Shown piece by piece: positions 47,097 to 50,813 of a DNA stretch of 50,813 bases (the stretch's first letter is position 1; every line of letters begins with the position of its first letter). The DNA comes from Vitrella brassicaformis CCMP3155. Its lineage: Eukaryota > Protista > Chromerida. Location: positions 1 to 50,813 of the forward strand of contig CDMY01000567.1 in the NCBI GenBank assembly GCA_001179505.1. Reading direction: 5' to 3'. Under the pieces are notes generated by a model. The model was given only the letters and a program-made list of their open reading frames with translations, had not been told where the DNA came from and made no database searches. The position numbers were made by a program, and so were the translations under genes.

Positions 47097-50006
47097 TCAT
47101 GTCGCGTCTCGCGTCTTCTCACTTTCCCTCTCTTGCTCCCGTTCCTGTTCTCGCCGCCAGATGTCTCGCATCTCGCGCACGTCCTTTGCCTCCCACTCCC
47201 CGCCGGCCTTCAGTCGCTGCCGCTTCTCCTCTATCCTCTCCGCCAGCATCGCCACCTTTGCAGCCTTGGCCTCATCCCACCCCACCACATCCACCAACCC
47301 CGTCTTAGTCAACCGCGTACGCAGACCCAACTCGCGCATCAGCGACCGGACCTCCTTCTTCATGGCAAGTGAAGACCCGGTGGGCTTGTCGACCTGCCTG
47401 TTGTCGCCTTGCTGGTCGTGGTCGCCACTGTCCGCGATCGCGACCAGGCCCTCTGCGTGTGCCGGGTCCAGTGGGTCGCGGTTGTTGACGGCGTGTCGGC
47501 CGAAGTAGCGCTCCATCTCCGCCACGCCAGGCAGGTCGCCAGACACGTTGCGCGGCGGGGAAGAGGCCTCGTCGTCCTCTCTGGTCTGCAAGCTGGTCGG
47601 GGGGTAGAAATCGACTCGAATGTTGGTAGGGTTCAACAACTGCGAACAGACAGACACAGTGAGTGAGGTGTGTGTGTCTCGTGTTGTGCCTACCGTGCAG
47701 ATGAGCTGGAGTGGCTCTAGCAGCACCTTCTCGACTTGGCCGTTGAATGAAGGTGCGTACGGGAGACACTCGCGGTCGAATGGCGGAGAGCTCTTCTGGA
47801 AAAGATAGAATCGGGAGACATCCTCTGCACGATAACAACACACGGCATACCGGTGATACATGAGAGGGAGGGGATCGCAAAACAGTCGTCTGATCGGCGG
47901 CCGTCACTGACTGACTGACTGACCGTCTTCTGTGCATTTCTTCCGTTCGTCTTCCTTTGGTTCGTCATTGGTGGTGCAGCCCAGCTTGCCAACGGCCACT
48001 GCATACGTGGGGGCATCGCCCAGCCTCACGCCCGCGTCGTACAGGCACCCCTTGCCATCATTCAGCAAAACGACATTGGCCTTGCCTGCGCCGAACACAC
48101 ACACAAAAACGTATATCCACATACCCATGCAGAGGGGCACGTGTTACAATACAAAGACACCTTCTGGAAAGGGAAAGAGGATGGGGATCGGCATTCCTGA
48201 GCCGAAAGGCACCGCATTGCCGCCCGACCCAGTGACAATGTCCATGTGGCCGTCATTGTTGACGTCCGCTGCGATGGCCGCTCTGCACACACACGCACCC
48301 GCACACACACCTGCAATTGTACGTCATCGCTGCGCTTGTGTTGACAGACCTGTTTGGCCAGTCAAATATTTCTTGGACCCGTTTGAAATTGCCAGTTCCG
48401 TCGCCAAAGTACAAGGCGTCCTTCTGCCGCGGGATGCACAGGCCATCGAGGGGGGAGTCGCGCGTGTCGTAGAAATCCATGTGGCCGTCACCGTTGAAAT
48501 CAGCCAACACGGGTTCTCTGAAAAAGTCATGCCCAGTAGTGCACTCGTTTGTTTGCATGCTTTCGTGACTGTGTGTGTGCATGTGCATGTACACACCTTC
48601 CCTCCGTGAGAAGATATATGAATCTGACGAAAGTGTCTCGGTAAGAGCCGTCCCCCAGCCCCACCCATACTTCTCTGAAGTAGTTGCCGAGAATGAGATC
48701 AATGACGCCGTCGCCGGTGAAGTCACCCATGCTCATCTCCTGCACCGGGATGAGCTGCGGAAACAGGCCCGTCGACTCTGCCAACCGACAAAGCAAAAGT
48801 ACATAGGTGTCTGTCGCTCTTTCTCTGTTCTGTCAGCACCTGGGTCGCCAGGGAGGCCAGCAGGGTTCTTGAAAGGGTTTGCGGCCTTGAACTGTGGCCC
48901 GTCTTTGAATTTGCCATCTCCATCGTTGAAGAGCACCCGGCTGCCTTTGTTGAATGACGGGGCGCCGTAGAAGACGTCTATGTCACCGTCATTGTCCACA
49001 TCGCCCGGCCAGCACTCCCTGGAAACCATCACCTCGACAGAGTGGGACGGCTTGTGTGTCGGTTGGTGGTTGTGCTCACCGAGCAGTGCTCTCGTCGGAT
49101 TCCAGCCTTTGATCGCTGATGATTAGCTTGCCCGTGCCATCGTTGAAGTAGAAGTGGTTCAGCACAGCGTCTGGACCGTCGCCTATACCTATCTCCTGCG
49201 CGCCGCGAGTGATATACCTGCAAACAAACAAAGGGGAGTGTATGAGTTGTCTGTCGATACGCACATCGTCTGTTTGTTCTTTCCTACAAGTCAATGTATC
49301 CGTCACCATCGAAGTCGCCCAGACCAGAGTCCCTGCACCAATCACATGTATGCTCATCGGTCGGCGGAGCTACACTTCCTTATCCTATCACACGCACCTG
49401 CATCCACCGCTGTCCGGGAGGTCCTGGAACTTCTCGAAGAGGCCTTCAGGAGTCTGCAAGTAGGTCTCGGTGAGGTCGCCGGGCGGCTTGAAAAACAGCT
49501 GCGGGACGCCCGTGCCATAGTTGCAGAACACGATGTCGTCGAGGCCGTCATTGTTGAGGTCGGCCACAGACGCGTGCCGCGCATCACGCTCACTCACCTC
49601 CTGCACACACCACACTCACACACGCATCCGGCAGCTTTAGACAAGCAAAAGGGAGCAAGCCTCGTGCAATTGGCATGAGGGTACGCACCTGTATGAGCAC
49701 GGCGGTGCCAGAGCCATCGAAGCGATAGATGCCGTTCAGCGACTCCTGGTTGGCCTCCACCACGAAGCACGGGTGGTCCTTGGTACATGTGGCAGCAGGG
49801 GGGAACTGCGAAGACAGAGAGCGGGTGTCTAACAGCCCCGGTGGCTCCACTGCACATGACCACCCAACCACATAAAGCACACACGGTCTCTCTTCAGGGA
49901 GCGTCGGATTTCCGATTATTATCGTGGTTTTACCTCCTTGTGCTGTCCAGAGGCAGCCACACAGCGCAAAGGCTGCGAACAGAACGAATTGCGGGGCTCG
50001 CCTCAT
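47097..50006 (-). CDS. Secreted FG-GAP/VCBS-repeat (Ca-binding beta-propeller) protein with a charged C-terminal extension
   Basis: Signal peptide MRRAPQFVLFAAFALCGCLWTAQG. Repeats ADLNNDGLDDI, GDFDGDGYIDL, GDVDNDGDIDV, GDFTGDGVIDL, ADFNGDGHMDF and ADVNNDGHMDI. A phase-1 intron (~47918 to ~47826) joins it to the 47097-47825 ORF. Confidence 0.8.
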
Positions 50007-50333
50007 TCCCCCACCTCTTTTGTACGCACCTGTAAATTCAGTGATTGCAAGGCGAATTGCTCTTCTTGGCACACAGTTGTTGCAGGACCGACTTGCAGAT
50101 AGCGCTGCTCCTGCCTCGCGTGGCGGCTGCGGTGAAGGAGCTAGGAAAAAACAAAGTTCTTTGAATGGAAGCTCGCAATTGTTCCCCGGGAGCTCGCAGT
50201 CATTGAGCAGCAAAAGAGCGACGTTTGACGCCTGAATCAGCTTCCTCAAGCAAGCAGGAGTCGGCTGATATCTGTTTTGACTGTTGCCAATCATTCGATC
50301 GTCTTACGCTCACCTCTCCTCGCAAAGAACAGC

Positions 50334-50813
50334 ATGAAGGGTCCCTGTGAGCCACCTGTCACTGCCAAGGAGGCGGCAAGGAGCAGCAGCACCCAAGCAG
50401 ACAAGCCCTGGCGGATCAACGTGGGCGGCTTCACCATGGAGTTCCCTCGTGAAGTGCTGCTGCAAGATGGCCTCAAGGACACACGCCTGGCTGTGTTGTT
50501 TCACCGCTTCGGTGAGTCGCTGCTCGAGGACACCGACGGCATCCCCTTCGTCGACGCAGACCCGCACTACTTCATCTGGTGGGCGGGAAGCAAAGCCCAC
50601 GTGGTTTGATTGACATTCATCCACTGGCCGCGTGTCTGGCTCTCTCCATCTGTGTGTGTCAGGTTGGATGTCAAGTTGGGTTTTCTCAAGGCGGGCTGGA
50701 TCGACGACATCACGCTCTTCGACGACTGCCCCGTCAAGACCTTCTACCACGACCTGTGCTTCGCCAAGACGACACTCAGCATCACACCACAGAACGACCA
50801 GGGCAGTGAGGCC
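50334..50813 (+). CDS. 5' part of a stand-alone BTB(-TLDc) paralog, head-to-head with the FG-GAP gene
   Basis: MKGPCEPPVTAKEAARSSSTQADKPWRINVGG…. 50383-50813 is a near-identical inverted copy of 23429-23859, including the intron. Confidence 0.85.

Noticed and set aside
1-50813. Autonomous transposon, endogenous virus, rRNA/tRNA or CRISPR
   Set aside because: I recognised no transposase, RT, integrase, Rep/helicase or capsid motifs, no cloverleaf or rRNA-like sequence, and no regular repeat-spacer array.

Overview
This is intron-rich, high-GC eukaryotic DNA with short GT-AG introns full of (CA)n/(TG)n/(ACAG)n/(TCTG)n microsatellites. The style and gene families point to a chromerid alveolate, most likely Vitrella brassicaformis (inferred, not database-checked). 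The left ~30 kb is a compact run of apparently intact genes: a TauD-family dioxygenase with a putative bipartite (plastid-type) leader, a GST-C/YbaK deacylase fusion, an EF-hand mitochondrial carrier (SCaMC), an inverted paralog pair, CHIP/STUB1, a multipass membrane protein, and a large gene that runs in frame into a BTB + 2xTLDc-like module. The 30-46 kb section is a decaying accessory zone with a PHD gene, a lineage-specific family member, an unknown gene and a divergent ePK kinase cluster. It carries seven apparent single-frame shifts, local duplications and a four-copy AT-rich motif. The window ends with a secreted FG-GAP/VCBS repeat gene and a stand-alone paralog of the BTB module. There are three ~300-nt assembly gaps. 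I found no rRNA, tRNA, CRISPR array or autonomous transposon. Exon boundaries were assigned by hand from splice signals and phase, and domain calls come from motif recognition only.
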